DNA of 64,000 nucleotides from Ruminococcus sp. (GTDB lineage Bacteria; Bacillota; Clostridia; Oscillospirales; Ruminococcaceae): NCBI GenBank assembly GCA_015066785.1, contig SVNT01000004.1, positions 126,376 to 190,375 of the forward strand, read 5' to 3'. Shown piece by piece: positions 37,394 to 46,908 of this stretch (position 1 is its first letter; each line of letters starts with the position of its first letter). The notes under the pieces were generated by a model. It saw only the letters and a program-made list of their open reading frames with translations, ran no database searches and was not told where the DNA came from. The position numbers and the translations under genes were made by a program.

Positions 37394-38398
37394 TTAAAAC
37401 AATTTATTATTTTTTGAATAATTCCAGCAGTCAGCGCACATTTCGTCAATGCTTTTTTCGGCTTTCCAGCCAAGCTCACGATACGCTTTTGACGGGTCGG
37501 CGTAACATTCAGCCACATCACCGTCACGGCGCTCTGCGATTGAATACGGCACTGCGATTTTATTCACACGCTCAAACGCCTTTATGATTTCAAGCACGGA
37601 ATATCCTTTTCCCGTGCCGATGTTCCACACCCCGAAGTCCGTGCCCTCACGGAGCTTTCGCATAGCACAGAGGTGCGCTTTTGCGAGGTCTGAGATATGC
37701 ACATAATCACGCACTCCCGTACCGTCAGGGGTAGGGTAGTCATTCCCGAAAACCCTGACTTCATCGAGCTTACCTGCGGTGACAAGGCAGACATACGGCA
37801 TAAGATTGTTCGGAATTCCCGTTGGTTTTTCCCCGATAAGTCCGCTGGCGTGTGCACCTATGGGGTTGAAATAGCGCAGTACTGCTATTTTCCACTCGAT
37901 GTCTTCGTCGTGCAGTCTGCGGAGTATCTCCTCCGCCTCCAGCTTTGTCTTTCCGTACGGATTTGTCGGTGCAGTCTGACAATCCTCCGTTACGGGAACT
38001 TTTTCGGGTACGCCGTATACAGTCGCCGACGAGCTGAAAACTATCGTTTTGCAGTTGTGACGGAGCATTGCTTCGCAGAGAGTCTGTGTGCCGATTACAT
38101 TATTTCTGTGATATTTCAGCGGCTCCCTGACGGATTCGGCAACGGATTTAAGCCCGGCAAAGTGAATGACGGAGTCAATCCCGTTTTCCGAAAAAATGCG
38201 GTCAAGTGCGTCGCTGTCGAGGATGTCCGCCTCGTAAAACGGGAAATCACGTGCGGTTATCTTCTTTATCGCATCAATCGAATTGTGTGAGGAATTTGAA
38301 AGGTTGTCCATCACGACGATTTTTTCGCCTGCCTCAAGCAGTTCAACGCAGGTGTGCGAGCCGATATATCCCGCCCCGCCCGTTATAAGTACAGCCAT
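37394..38398 (-). CDS. galE: UDP-glucose 4-epimerase
   Basis: MAVLITGGAGYIGSH Rossmann motif and YGKTK catalytic motif. 334 aa. Confidence 0.9.
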   Translation of the reverse strand: MAVLITGGAGYIGSHTCVELLEAGEKIVVMDNLSNSSHNSIDAIKKITARDFPFYEADILDSDALDRIFSENGIDSVIHFAGLKSVAESVREPLKYHRNNVIGTQTLCEAMLRHNCKTIVFSSSATVYGVPEKVPVTEDCQTAPTNPYGKTKLEAEEILRRLHDEDIEWKIAVLRYFNPIGAHASGLIGEKPTGIPNNLMPYVCLVTAGKLDEVRVFGNDYPTPDGTGVRDYVHISDLAKAHLCAMRKLREGTDFGVWNIGTGKGYSVLEIIKAFERVNKIAVPYSIAERRDGDVAECYADPSKAYRELGWKAEKSIDEMCADCWNYSKNNKLF

Positions 38399-38517
38399 AG
38401 TTTTCCTCCCTTCGCAAGAATAATATCATTATATCACGGGAAAATGCCAAAATCAAGGCGGGGAACAGACGAAAAAATCCCTGCCGTATTTTGTACAGCA
38501 GGGAAGTGTTTCTTATT

Positions 38518-39201
38518 TTATCTGTTGAGGATGAGCTTTGTGAGTTCAACGGGTTCAACAATCTTGTCGCCCTTGTAAACACGCATATTTCCTGATGCGA
38601 TTTCGTCGATGAGGATAACCTCGCCGTTGTTGTATCCGAATTCAAACTTGATGTCCCAGAGGTCAAGACCGATTGTCTTGAGGTCGTCAGCAACAATCTT
38701 TGTAATCTTGAGTGTCTGTTCCTTCATGCTTTCGAACATTTCGGGAGTCATAATGCCGAGAACTGCAAGGCCTTCGCTTGTTACGAGGGGATCGCCCTTT
38801 TCATCGTTCTTGAATGTACATTCAACATAACCGCCGTCGATAACTGTTCCGTCCTTCATGTATTCGCCGTATCTGCGGATAAAGCTGCCTGTTGCAACGA
38901 GTCTGCAGATAACTTCGAGGCCGTGACCGAATACAGTAGCAGGGAGAACTTCCATAGTAGCGTTTTCAACATCAGCGCTTACATAGTGAGTCTTGATTCC
39001 GGCTTTCTTGAGCATTTCGAAGTAGTAAACCGATGTTTCGAGGTTTGCCTTTCCGATGCCGTCTATTGTGAGTCCGACTGCGTTTTCACCGGGATCGAAT
39101 ACTCCGTCCTTACCTGTGCAGTCGTCCTTGAACTTGAGCATTACGTTTCCGTTTTCGAGCTTGTAAACGTCCTTTGTCTTACCTGTATAAACCTTTTCCA
39201 T
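38518..39201 (-). CDS. purC: Phosphoribosylaminoimidazole-succinocarboxamide (SAICAR) synthase
   Basis: [18 protein letters not shown]... and the short-form PurC length of 227 aa. Confidence 0.85.
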   Translation of the reverse strand: MEKVYTGKTKDVYKLENGNVMLKFKDDCTGKDGVFDPGENAVGLTIDGIGKANLETSVYYFEMLKKAGIKTHYVSADVENATMEVLPATVFGHGLEVICRLVATGSFIRRYGEYMKDGTVIDGGYVECTFKNDEKGDPLVTSEGLAVLGIMTPEMFESMKEQTLKITKIVADDLKTIGLDLWDIKFEFGYNNGEVILIDEIASGNMRVYKGDKIVEPVELTKLILNR

Positions 39202-39419
39202 ATTTATTACCTCTTTTGTTTGAAACTATCTTGGCGGAAAACCGCCTTAACATCAATAGTATATATCATTATTTCCGTGATTTCAAGAGAAATTTTCAAT
39301 TTTTTTGCATTCATTTTTATTATTTGGAAATTTTCACAGTATAACGCGCAAATGAACTCCTGTAAATAGAAAAAATCATAAAATTTAAAAAGCTCACGGG
39401 ATTATTTAATCCTGTGAGC

Positions 39420-39437
39420 TTTTTCTGGTCGAGGTGA
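39420..39437. repeat. 18-bp direct repeat of the tRNA-Pro 3' end (att-like island boundary)
   Basis: TTTTTCTGGTCGAGGTGA is identical to 50272-50289, which covers 12 nt of the tRNA 3' end plus 6 nt downstream. Confidence 0.55.
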
Positions 39438-39541
39438 AATGCGACATGGGGAATACGCATTTTCAGACGGGGAAGAGGTGCGACTGGGTAATATTGACAT
39501 TCACGGGCAAAGCCCGGAAGTCGCTTGGCTTACCGAAGATT

Positions 39542-39796
39542 TTATGATGATTGTTTCAGCAGCGGGGAGAAAGTGGGTGAAAGAGATATTTCAATAAACC
39601 CATCATCAAGATCTATGGATTTAACGCCAGTGCCATATCCAGTTTCAATTACATCATCGCTAAGTTTTGCAATCTCGTCGCTGTATTTCCCTAATACGCC
39701 AAAACTTGTTCCTGCTATAACGCCGACAGTTCTGGCAATGGCTTCTTCGTCGTCACCGTGCTCAACGCATAAGGCTATTGCAAGGGTTTCAAGCCA
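39542..39796 (-). pseudogene. Orphan conserved pre-toxin handle fragment with no toxin domain
   Basis: Open frame with no start codon begins right after the upstream stop. LETLAIALCVEHGDDEEAIARTVGVIAGTSFGVLGKYSDEIAKLSDDVIETGYGTGVKSIDLDDGF, then unrelated tail. Confidence 0.5.
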
Positions 39797-40033
39797 TTAT
39801 TTCGAAGCGTATCTTTGTATTTTTTTCAAGAAAAATTCGCACGCTTCCGCTTCTGTTTCGAATACTTTTAATCCGCTTTTATTGCCACGTTCACTATAAT
39901 AAACTTGCCATGTTTCTTCTTTCACAAGACATAATTTCTCATTAGGCAATCCTCCTACCATTATAGAATATGATTCATTAGGTATCTCCATCATTTCTAG
40001 TTCTTGTTCTAATTGTGCAACTGTCATTATCAT
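39797..40033 (-). CDS. Putative immunity protein (78 aa)
   Basis: AAGGAGG RBS, ~35 nt after the stop of the toxin remnant. Small acidic cytoplasmic protein in the cassette position. Confidence 0.5.
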   Translation of the reverse strand: MIMTVAQLEQELEMMEIPNESYSIMVGGLPNEKLCLVKEETWQVYYSERGNKSGLKVFETEAEACEFFLKKIQRYASK

Positions 40034-40069
40034 TGTATCCTCCTTAATATACCAGCATCTAATAATTCA

Positions 40070-40265
40070 TCAACTGACAATATGTGTTCCCGTTTTTGAA
40101 TAGTGGATTATTCCCATAGTTGTATCAATTGTTTCATTTGTTACTTGGTTTACATACTGTCCTATTACTTTACCAAAATCAATACGTTCCTTATTGGTAC
40201 CTATCCACTCTCCTGTACTCACAAAGTCATTTCCCGAATCAGCAATCAGACGGTTTACTTTTTCA
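40070..40265 (-). pseudogene. Toxin C-terminal remnant ending ...GIIHYSKTGTHIVS
   Basis: About 65 codons, open, with no start codon. Lies one frame off the tail of ORF 40266..40895. Confidence 0.4.
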
Positions 40266-40895
40266 TCATTTAATAAGTCTCATCAAAGCCGCAAATGCCC
40301 TGAAAAGTCCACCTGCTCTGTGCGGCTCTTTCATTTTTTCAGCAAAAGAATCTCCAAGCTCTTTAAGCTCATCAAACGCACTTGTTTCTCTGTAAGGTCT
40401 GCGCTTTATCCCCTGCGCTCCCCCTCTGTTTACACTTCCGAAGTGTTTTTCTATAGTAACTGCATCTTCAGGGCTATCTATTACGCCAATTTCTTTGTAC
40501 TTCCATAGGGTAAGTCTTTTTTCAAAGGAGCTCTTTTCATCAAGAGATGATGTGTATTCCGAAATTATTTCTCCGTCTACAACAAAAAGGCTTATGGTTT
40601 TACACTCCCTGCCCTTGTATTCCTTTTCGTACCCACGACGAAGATCAAAGAAAAGCCCACTGAGCTTTCTGTACTGTTCGTCAAATGTTTCTTTTGAAAC
40701 GGAATATTTTTCAGGAATTTCGTTTATTTCGAGAAATCTTTCGTCTTTATCCGTTCTGAAAAATATCGAAAAGACTGGCTTTGTTTTCAGGAACTCAACG
40801 TAAACCGCAAGTTCTGTGCATTCCTTGGGAATAATTTCATCAATGAGCTTGACCAACTGCAGATAATACTCGTTCTCTGTATTTATCAGTAACAT
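40266..40895 (-). CDS. DUF600/YezG(EsaG)-like immunity protein with an extra ~60-aa tail (possibly a chimera)
   Basis: ELAVYVEFLKTKPVFSIFFRTDKDERFLEINEIPEKY...ISLFVVDGEIISEY follows the DUF600 pattern, as does 49631..50047. The tail VNRGGAQGIKRRPYRE... is not found in the other copy. Confidence 0.55.
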   Translation of the reverse strand: MLLINTENEYYLQLVKLIDEIIPKECTELAVYVEFLKTKPVFSIFFRTDKDERFLEINEIPEKYSVSKETFDEQYRKLSGLFFDLRRGYEKEYKGRECKTISLFVVDGEIISEYTSSLDEKSSFEKRLTLWKYKEIGVIDSPEDAVTIEKHFGSVNRGGAQGIKRRPYRETSAFDELKELGDSFAEKMKEPHRAGGLFRAFAALMRLIK

Positions 40896-41160
40896 AAGAT
40901 CCTCCTATCATCTCATCCGCATATTTTGAAACTGCACCTGTACCCATACCAGCAATTACGCCGACAGTTCTGGCAATGGCTTCTTCATCATCGCCATGTT
41001 CAACGCATAAGCCTATTGCAAGGGTTTCAAGTCCTAAACTCACGAATACGCTGGCATAGCCGTTGATAAAAATGTGCCTTAGAATAACTTTTTTCATGAA
41101 ATTTTTTATGCTAAAAGCATAAAACACTGCTGATGCACTGACTGAGTTATGTAGATACAT
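40840..41160 (-). pseudogene. Conserved pre-toxin handle fragment abutting the DUF600 gene (toxin domain deleted)
   Basis: ...GLETLAIGLCVEHGDDEEAIARTVGVIAGMGTGAVSKYADEMIGGS runs directly into the RBS and ATG of 40895. Confidence 0.5.
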
Positions 41161-41164
41161 AAAT

Positions 41165-41650
41165 TTAAATTAATTCAGAAAGCCAATTATCCAAAGCATC
41201 TCCCTCGAAATTCTCTACTGATTGCTCAATATCTTTAAAATCCAATACTGGCGTTTTCACTATTTTTAATGCTTCAATTTCTTTTCTTCTTATATGCTTA
41301 ATAAACACAAATTGCTCCTTCTTTTCAAAAATATATTCCTGTGCTAATTGCTCTGAATCAGTCCATATCATATACGAATCATCAAGTACAGCATTTTTAG
41401 ATATTTCACCTGCAAATAATCGAAAGTATTTATCTTTATATTTTATAAATACATCTTCACTGTATATTACGTCCACCTCATCAGAATTAACAATTTTCAT
41501 ATATAACTCAGAATGTTCATTTCCCAGTACATCAATATAATTAGTAAACCCCTCCTTCTTTACTCTTGATGTAATTATGTATTTACAATTTCTCTTTTTA
41601 ATTTTGCATTTTAAGCCACTATACATACAATACATATCACTCATACTCAA
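41165..41650 (-). CDS. Putative immunity protein (161 aa)
   Basis: Immediately downstream of toxin module 41662..42663. Its 3' ~115 nt are duplicated at ~47700-47815. Confidence 0.5.
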   Translation of the reverse strand: MSMSDMYCMYSGLKCKIKKRNCKYIITSRVKKEGFTNYIDVLGNEHSELYMKIVNSDEVDVIYSEDVFIKYKDKYFRLFAGEISKNAVLDDSYMIWTDSEQLAQEYIFEKKEQFVFIKHIRRKEIEALKIVKTPVLDFKDIEQSVENFEGDALDNWLSELI

Positions 41651-41661
41651 AACTCCTCAAC

Positions 41662-42663
41662 TCATTTTAATAACCAACCCAAATCTGAATCGTATACAAA
41701 TTGTTGCGTTAGTTCTCCTGTTTTAGCATCATATATACCTAAAATATCTCCATCTACAAAGGGTCGCGTATCTTGTACAAGTTCTGGCAAAACAACATTT
41801 TTACTACCCGTAAATCCGCGTCCTGTATAAGGAGCATTTGTTGCTATTTGTAAATCCTTTGGAATTTTAATTCCAGTTGCATCATCTAACACATATGTTA
41901 TTTTACCATATACTGTATCAGCATTACCTACTGATTTTGAAATTCCATCAACTCCATTTCCTATTTTAAATGCAGTATTGTCATAGTCTAACCTATTTCC
42001 TTCAAATACATCATCTAACGTTTTTAGGATATTAGAATGTTCATCAACCGAAACGAAACCTCTAACACCATTATAGTTCTCATTATATAAATAATTATAT
42101 ATATCACTTTGAGGTACTATTTTGTTCATCACTGTACCAGTCTCTGGTAATCCTATATCAGTTCTTACTCTATCTACAAATTTCAATTCATCTGGAGTCA
42201 AAGTTCTATTAGGGTCAAGTAATTTTGAAAAGTCTTCAACAGACATTCCATTCTTTTCAATTGCAGCCTTTACATCTGCTGATGTTAACTTACTGACTAA
42301 TGCAGAATCATTACCACTCTCAACAGCATCATCAACTATCTCAGCGACTTCATCTGCATATTTAGTAACATCATCAACCAAATCATCAGCAATAGTTGTT
42401 GATTTCAGATTTCCTAAGTTATCCCAATATTCATTATACCTTGCCGCTTCTTCGGGAGTCATCAAATCCGCAAAAGATGTTATTTTATCATCTGCGATAT
42501 CAACAACCTCATCCGCATTCTTGAAAAAGCCATTATTTGTATCAAAATCAAACCCTTTAAAACCATCATCAAAATCTATGGATTTAACGCCCTTGCTGTA
42601 AGCAGATTCAAGAAAATCATCGCAAATGCCTTTGGCTCCGCCTATGCCATCGATTGCTCCGCT
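41662..42663 (-). CDS. Orphan toxin C-terminal module, activity unknown
   Basis: The frame is open from the stop at 42664-42666. It contains handle part KSIDFDDGFKGFDFDTNNGFFKNADEVVD, then a ~270-aa unique domain. The first in-frame ATG is at 42462. Confidence 0.5.
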   Translation of the reverse strand, partial: SGAIDGIGGAKGICDDFLESAYSKGVKSIDFDDGFKGFDFDTNNGFFKNADEVVDIADDKITSFADLMTPEEAARYNEYWDNLGNLKSTTIADDLVDDVTKYADEVAEIVDDAVESGNDSALVSKLTSADVKAAIEKNGMSVEDFSKLLDPNRTLTPDELKFVDRVRTDIGLPETGTVMNKIVPQSDIYNYLYNENYNGVRGFVSVDEHSNILKTLDDVFEGNRLDYDNTAFKIGNGVDGISKSVGNADTVYGKITYVLDDATGIKIPKDLQIATNAPYTGRGFTGSKNVVLPELVQDTRPFVDGDILGIYDAKTGELTQQFVYDSDLGWLLK

Positions 42664-42672
42664 TTACACGCA

Positions 42673-43014
42673 TTACTTAACAGTCTTAACTCCCTCAATC
42701 TTCCCACTATTAACATTTATTTGGTAATTACGTCCATAAAAATCTGAAGCAAAAATAATATCATTTTTTATTCCCATTTGTTCGTAAGGGAGAAGATTTT
42801 TCAATTCTGGGAATCGAATAGATAAATCTTCTGCTTGCCAAATTAATTTTGCTTGAGCATCTAAACAATAAATGTTATTGATCTCTGTTTTATTAAACGG
42901 AATGGCGAGCAGTACTATGTAATTTTCTTTGTATTCAATTACAGCACGTATATCAAATTCAAAGCCATAACTATTATTATTGATTTCAATATGATTTTTC
43001 TCGTATTGATACAT
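42673..43014 (-). CDS. Putative immunity protein for the TNT-like module
   Basis: 113 aa. Its start abuts the toxin stop (43015). Confidence 0.5.
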   Translation of the reverse strand: MYQYEKNHIEINNNSYGFEFDIRAVIEYKENYIVLLAIPFNKTEINNIYCLDAQAKLIWQAEDLSIRFPELKNLLPYEQMGIKNDIIFASDFYGRNYQINVNSGKIEGVKTVK

Positions 43015-43695
43015 TTAATTACCCTCCAAAAGTCTTTCATTTTTAAAATCACCAATTCTTTGCCCGATTAAATCATACTGTGTTCCGCCACCGGAACCCC
43101 AACCATCTAAAGCATTGACTTCGCCTACTCTTATATGTGTTCCTGCTTCTAATTCAACATCACAAACATACTTAGGGGTATTAGGTAATGCAAATTTATT
43201 CTGTATTTCCTGTGGTGTTAATCCTTCGATATCTTCTGCTTTCATTACCCAACTCCCATACATACCTGAACCGTTTGGCATATTGTCATACACTCTAACA
43301 AAAGTAGTAGTTTCGGTAAGTTCTATTTCTTCGACCATTGTTCCTGGTTTATACGGTGGCTTGTAGTCAGGCTTTACATTATCAATAAACCATTGATTTG
43401 TTTCTTCTGCTGTAAATGTCTTGACTTCTGTATATTTAAATATTGATGTACCGCCATCAACAACATCATCCGCATTCTTGAAAAAGCCATTATTTGTATC
43501 AAAATCAAACCCTTTAAAACCATCATCAAAATCTATGGATTTAACGCCAGTGTCGTATGCAGTTTCAATCACATCATCGCTAAGTTTTGCAATCTCGTCG
43601 CTGTATTTCCCTAATACGCCAAAACTTGTTCCTGCAATTACACCAACAGTTCTGGCAACAGCCTCTTCGTCATCACCGTGTTTATGTTTCTTTTG
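43015..43695 (-). CDS. Orphan toxin module with TNT-like (NAD+ glycohydrolase family) C-terminal domain
   Basis: Frame open from 43695 (QKKHKHGDDEEAVARTVGVIAG...). The C-terminus TFVRVYDN...GSWVM...LDGWGSGGGTQYDL resembles the TNT R...GGGxQ pattern. No canonical start codon. Confidence 0.55.
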   Translation of the reverse strand, partial: QKKHKHGDDEEAVARTVGVIAGTSFGVLGKYSDEIAKLSDDVIETAYDTGVKSIDFDDGFKGFDFDTNNGFFKNADDVVDGGTSIFKYTEVKTFTAEETNQWFIDNVKPDYKPPYKPGTMVEEIELTETTTFVRVYDNMPNGSGMYGSWVMKAEDIEGLTPQEIQNKFALPNTPKYVCDVELEAGTHIRVGEVNALDGWGSGGGTQYDLIGQRIGDFKNERLLEGN

Positions 43696-44118
43696 TTAAG
43701 ATATTTCACTCAGTTCTAAAGAACCAACAATCAAAACTCTCTCCCCTACTTTGTAATTCACCTCATTTTCAAATTCAATCAAAACGTTACCATCCAATAC
43801 GGATGAGAGGGCATATACAGAATACTTATCAATGATTTGAGTCACTTCTATAACCGCCTCAATATGTGGAGATTTTTGTATTTCTTGATAATAAATAAGT
43901 TCTTTATCTACTTTTTTGCTGAAAGTTACCAACTCAATTGATATATTCCCTTCCAATATATCTCCTTTTTTCTTTTTTTGCGACTCTTCGTTGTTTTCTA
44001 AATATTCATCATACTCAAGAAAATGCACATTTATTTTTACATCTTTTCCAATCTCTTTAATTATCGCAATTCTTTCGTATCCGTCTGAATAAATTTCGTT
44101 TATAATATATCTTTTCAT
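43696..44118 (-). CDS. Putative orphan immunity protein (140 aa)
   Basis: In the cassette position. Only a short degenerate remnant (44119-44252) lies upstream of it. Confidence 0.4.
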   Translation of the reverse strand: MKRYIINEIYSDGYERIAIIKEIGKDVKINVHFLEYDEYLENNEESQKKKKGDILEGNISIELVTFSKKVDKELIYYQEIQKSPHIEAVIEVTQIIDKYSVYALSSVLDGNVLIEFENEVNYKVGERVLIVGSLELSEIS

Positions 44119-44252
44119 TTTGTTTTCCTCTTAGTTCATCTTATCAAATGATTTTAAATCACTTGGCATCAGAAACAGCCTTTTCTACTTTACTACTTTG
44201 TTTAGTAACAGGCTTTTTCAGATGTATAGAAAAAACATCGGCGAAATCATCG

Positions 44253-44543
44253 TCATATCTTATATGTATTATTTTGTAATTTTTTCTTCAAATTTCTTGC
44301 CTTATCTAAAATTTGCTCTTCAGAGTAATACATATGCGGTATTTTCAGTTCTTCTTCATCATCAGAAAATCTTCCTGCCATTCCACACAAATCGCCAAAC
44401 TCACTATTTTCCTGCTCGGAAAGTTTATCATAATCTACTTCTAAATCATATATTCTCGTAAATTCCAAACAAAATGTTTTGATATCATAAGAACCATCCA
44501 ACACTCCGTTGATCAGATACCATAATTGGTTTTTTTCCGTCAT
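44253..44543 (-). CDS. Putative immunity protein (96 aa)
   Basis: Begins 12 nt after the toxin stop. Small acidic protein. Confidence 0.5.
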   Translation of the reverse strand: MTEKNQLWYLINGVLDGSYDIKTFCLEFTRIYDLEVDYDKLSEQENSEFGDLCGMAGRFSDDEEELKIPHMYYSEEQILDKARNLKKKLQNNTYKI

Positions 44544-44555
44544 ATTAACACTTCC

Positions 44556-45287
44556 TTATTTTGATATAGCAGGTAAATTACCCATTGCTTTTCTGGCATA
44601 TTCAAAATGATATATTGTATTTGTAGCCTCATCATACAGTACTTCCAGATTATACATTTTTCCGTTTTTGTACATAGTTGTATAATACATTGTTGCACTA
44701 GAACCTCTTGGATCTGGCATTGCATTTCCATATCTAATCGTATCCTGTAATGTTTGAATAGGCAACTCACGTGTCTTTTCTCCCATATGTTCAAGTGCTA
44801 TATTCGAGAAATTCAATCCATCATCTAAAGTCCCTGTGCTACTAACATTACTAACAGAACTTGTATTCTTCGGTTGTTTAACATCAGCGCTTCTGACAAT
44901 ATCATCAACATATTCGCTTGATTCAAAAGCTGTTTTCTTCTTATAAACCGAGCCAAAAGTATCATCGGTTAAATCAGCAACATCATCGGCATATTTTGAA
45001 ACTGCACCTAAACTTTCAAACGCACCGTCCATTGCCATTGCGACAATTCGCTGCTGTGCTTCTTCGTCGTCGCCTATCGCATAGCAAAAAGCCGTTGTAC
45101 CTGCGTCTACGGCGAATCCTGCTGATGTAAGGATTACAGTCGCCAGCCCTGGTGCCGCAAATGACGCCGCCAGCCCAAGACCAAATGCAATTGCGTCTGC
45201 GGTGGTTTTTATCTGTCCCGCCAGAACATCGGCTGAAGTATTAGGATTTTTCTTGTTTAATGAATTCCAGATACAACTGCTATTCTG
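44556..45287 (-). CDS. Orphan toxin module (small C-terminal domain, possibly RNase-like)
   Basis: Frame open from 45287. Hydrophobic Gly/Ala-rich segment ADAIAFGLGLAASFAAPGLATVILTSAGFAVDAG, handle variant AIGDDEEAQQRIVAMAMDGAFESLGAVSKYADD, and a unique ~110-aa end ...TNTIYHFEYARK. Confidence 0.5.
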   Translation of the reverse strand, partial: QNSSCIWNSLNKKNPNTSADVLAGQIKTTADAIAFGLGLAASFAAPGLATVILTSAGFAVDAGTTAFCYAIGDDEEAQQRIVAMAMDGAFESLGAVSKYADDVADLTDDTFGSVYKKKTAFESSEYVDDIVRSADVKQPKNTSSVSNVSSTGTLDDGLNFSNIALEHMGEKTRELPIQTLQDTIRYGNAMPDPRGSSATMYYTTMYKNGKMYNLEVLYDEATNTIYHFEYARKAMGNLPAISK

Positions 45288-45306
45288 TTATTGCCATTTA
45301 TATTCT

Positions 45307-45888
45307 CTAATCATCATACAATAAAACTAACTCAAAAAAGCCTTTGTCCTGATTTACAAATCGACCAGTATTGCCCGAAAGTAACTGTTCTTCAGCCAAT
45401 TTCTTTGCTTCGGAAAGTAAACCCGAATCAATATACGACAAACATCTTAAAATATTCTTGTCGATTACAATATTATCAGAAAAAATATATTCTTCCAAAT
45501 TATTTGTTTCCAGAAAAAGATTTATTTCCTTATTTACGTTTTTCAAAAATTTTTCTGCAATAATATCCACATTTTCTGATAGTTCCATATCGCCCTCGTA
45601 AAATTGAGCAGGAGGAGCTACGAATGCACCGTTTATCCGTAATGAAAATCTTTCATTTATATTTTCTTCCATCCTCATGATCTTCCAGAATATTTCATCA
45701 AAAGATTGCTTTTTTGCAGTGATTTTATAAATCAAACGTTCGGAATTCACTATTAAAAAATCAACAGATATGATATTTTCATTTTCCACCTTGTAGATGG
45801 TGTTCTGTATTTTCTTGTATCCATCCTTAACAGCGATTTCTTTTATTGTTGAAATACACTTCTTTTGCATTTGTTTATCAATTTTCAT
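45307..45888 (-). CDS. Putative orphan immunity protein (193 aa)
   Basis: Cassette position; no motif recognised. Confidence 0.4.
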   Translation of the reverse strand: MKIDKQMQKKCISTIKEIAVKDGYKKIQNTIYKVENENIISVDFLIVNSERLIYKITAKKQSFDEIFWKIMRMEENINERFSLRINGAFVAPPAQFYEGDMELSENVDIIAEKFLKNVNKEINLFLETNNLEEYIFSDNIVIDKNILRCLSYIDSGLLSEAKKLAEEQLLSGNTGRFVNQDKGFFELVLLYDD

Positions 45889-45899
45889 TTATTAACACC

Positions 45900-46241
45900 T
45901 CATGATATATGACATTCTATTGCAATTCCAAGTTCATTAACTTGTTGTTGTACTTGTTTTAAAAAATCCATTGCATTTGCTATTGGTTCATTCTTGAAAT
46001 GAATCTCTATAATTGCATATTCAATCAATGCATCTTTATAAAATTCATTATATTCTTTCCCTTCACAAAAACCAATATAAGAATTTATTTTTTCTTGTAA
46101 TGCAAGCAAATGACTGTATTCATCACTCCAATCAAGATGATCAGTTATAAGCAAGCGTAGTTCATTTTTATTTTCATCCAACGCTATGCCATCAACAACT
46201 TCCCTATCCAAAACAGACATATTTTTCCTCCTCTTAATCAT
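45900..46241 (-). CDS. Putative immunity protein (113 aa)
   Basis: Overlaps the stop of the nuclease fragment by 4 nt. LLITDHLDWSDEYSHLLALQEKINSYIGF pattern typical of small immunity families. Confidence 0.5.
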   Translation of the reverse strand: MIKRRKNMSVLDREVVDGIALDENKNELRLLITDHLDWSDEYSHLLALQEKINSYIGFCEGKEYNEFYKDALIEYAIIEIHFKNEPIANAMDFLKQVQQQVNELGIAIECHIS

Positions 46242-46483
46242 TGCGGTCTAATTATCTTCACTTCTGTTCCTGGCGGTATTTTATATTCGCCCCTAAAAAT
46301 GCCCTTTCCTTTGCCCACAACAATTCCACCGCTCTTTAAAATTTCTGGGAAAGCATTTTTTTGATTATTTGTCAATGGTGCTGTGGCAGAAGATTTAAAT
46401 TCATTTATGACAATATTCCCATTTGAATCAATCCCGATTGCATCAACACAAGTTCGCATGCCCTTTTTACATAATAATATCAT
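46238..46483 (-). pseudogene. PD-(D/E)xK (restriction-endonuclease-fold) toxin C-terminal fragment
   Basis: VDAIGIDSNGNIVINEFKSSATAPLTNNQ shows a D...E-x-K arrangement. It starts directly at the barstar-like stop with no handle or N-terminal region. Confidence 0.45.
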
Positions 46484-46906
46484 CTATTGGGATGCCTGCT
46501 CTAGATAAACACAAAAGTCTCTTGGTGCTCCGCCGACCATATGACCCACAACTTCGCCATTCCACCAAGGTAAGATTATTTCTTTAAAATCATCCAATAT
46601 TATTTTTTTAAGTTCAGGCTCATCACATAACATTAGATCAAACTCATGAATAATTAATACAATATTCTTCTGCTTAATCCACATCAAGTCACAAATATAA
46701 TCATTATACCACCCTATTTTCATTGATGGCAATTCATGTGGGAAAGAAAAAGCACTAGACATTGCTTGTACATAATCGGCTTCTGTCTTAATCTTCGCCC
46801 CTTCAATCTCGGCAATAAAAATATCGTCATTATGTAATATACAGCTTTTGATTTCGTCTGTCTTTTCTTTAGCAACATAAACTATTTTACTATTCATCTT
46901 AAACAC
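46484..46906 (-). CDS. Barstar-like RNase inhibitor (immunity)
   Basis: IEGAKIKTEADYVQAMSSAFSFPHELPSMKIGWYNDYICDLMW...IVLIIHEFD follows the barstar pattern. Directly downstream of the RNase module. Confidence 0.65.
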   Translation of the reverse strand: MFKMNSKIVYVAKEKTDEIKSCILHNDDIFIAEIEGAKIKTEADYVQAMSSAFSFPHELPSMKIGWYNDYICDLMWIKQKNIVLIIHEFDLMLCDEPELKKIILDDFKEIILPWWNGEVVGHMVGGAPRDFCVYLEQASQ

Positions 46907-46908
46907 TC

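Noticed and set aside
39202-39419. Possible purine riboswitch upstream of purC, and a possible T-box or leader upstream of ilvB (51347-51510).
   Set aside because: I could not find the conserved purine-riboswitch core or a T-box specifier/antiterminator. Only promoter-like elements are present.
39441-39599. 52-aa plus-strand ORF (MRHGEYAFSDGEEVRLGNIDIHGQSPEVAWLTEDF...) next to the left island repeat.
   Set aside because: It has no RBS and no recognisable family. It may be a gene remnant at the island edge, but there is insufficient evidence.
39525-39899. Plus-strand ORFs sharing ...SKSMDLTPVSYAVSITSS...PAITPTVLATASSSSPC (also 42122-42601, 43421-43699, 47234-47608).
   Set aside because: They are antisense of the conserved toxin handle on the minus strand, not an independent gene family.
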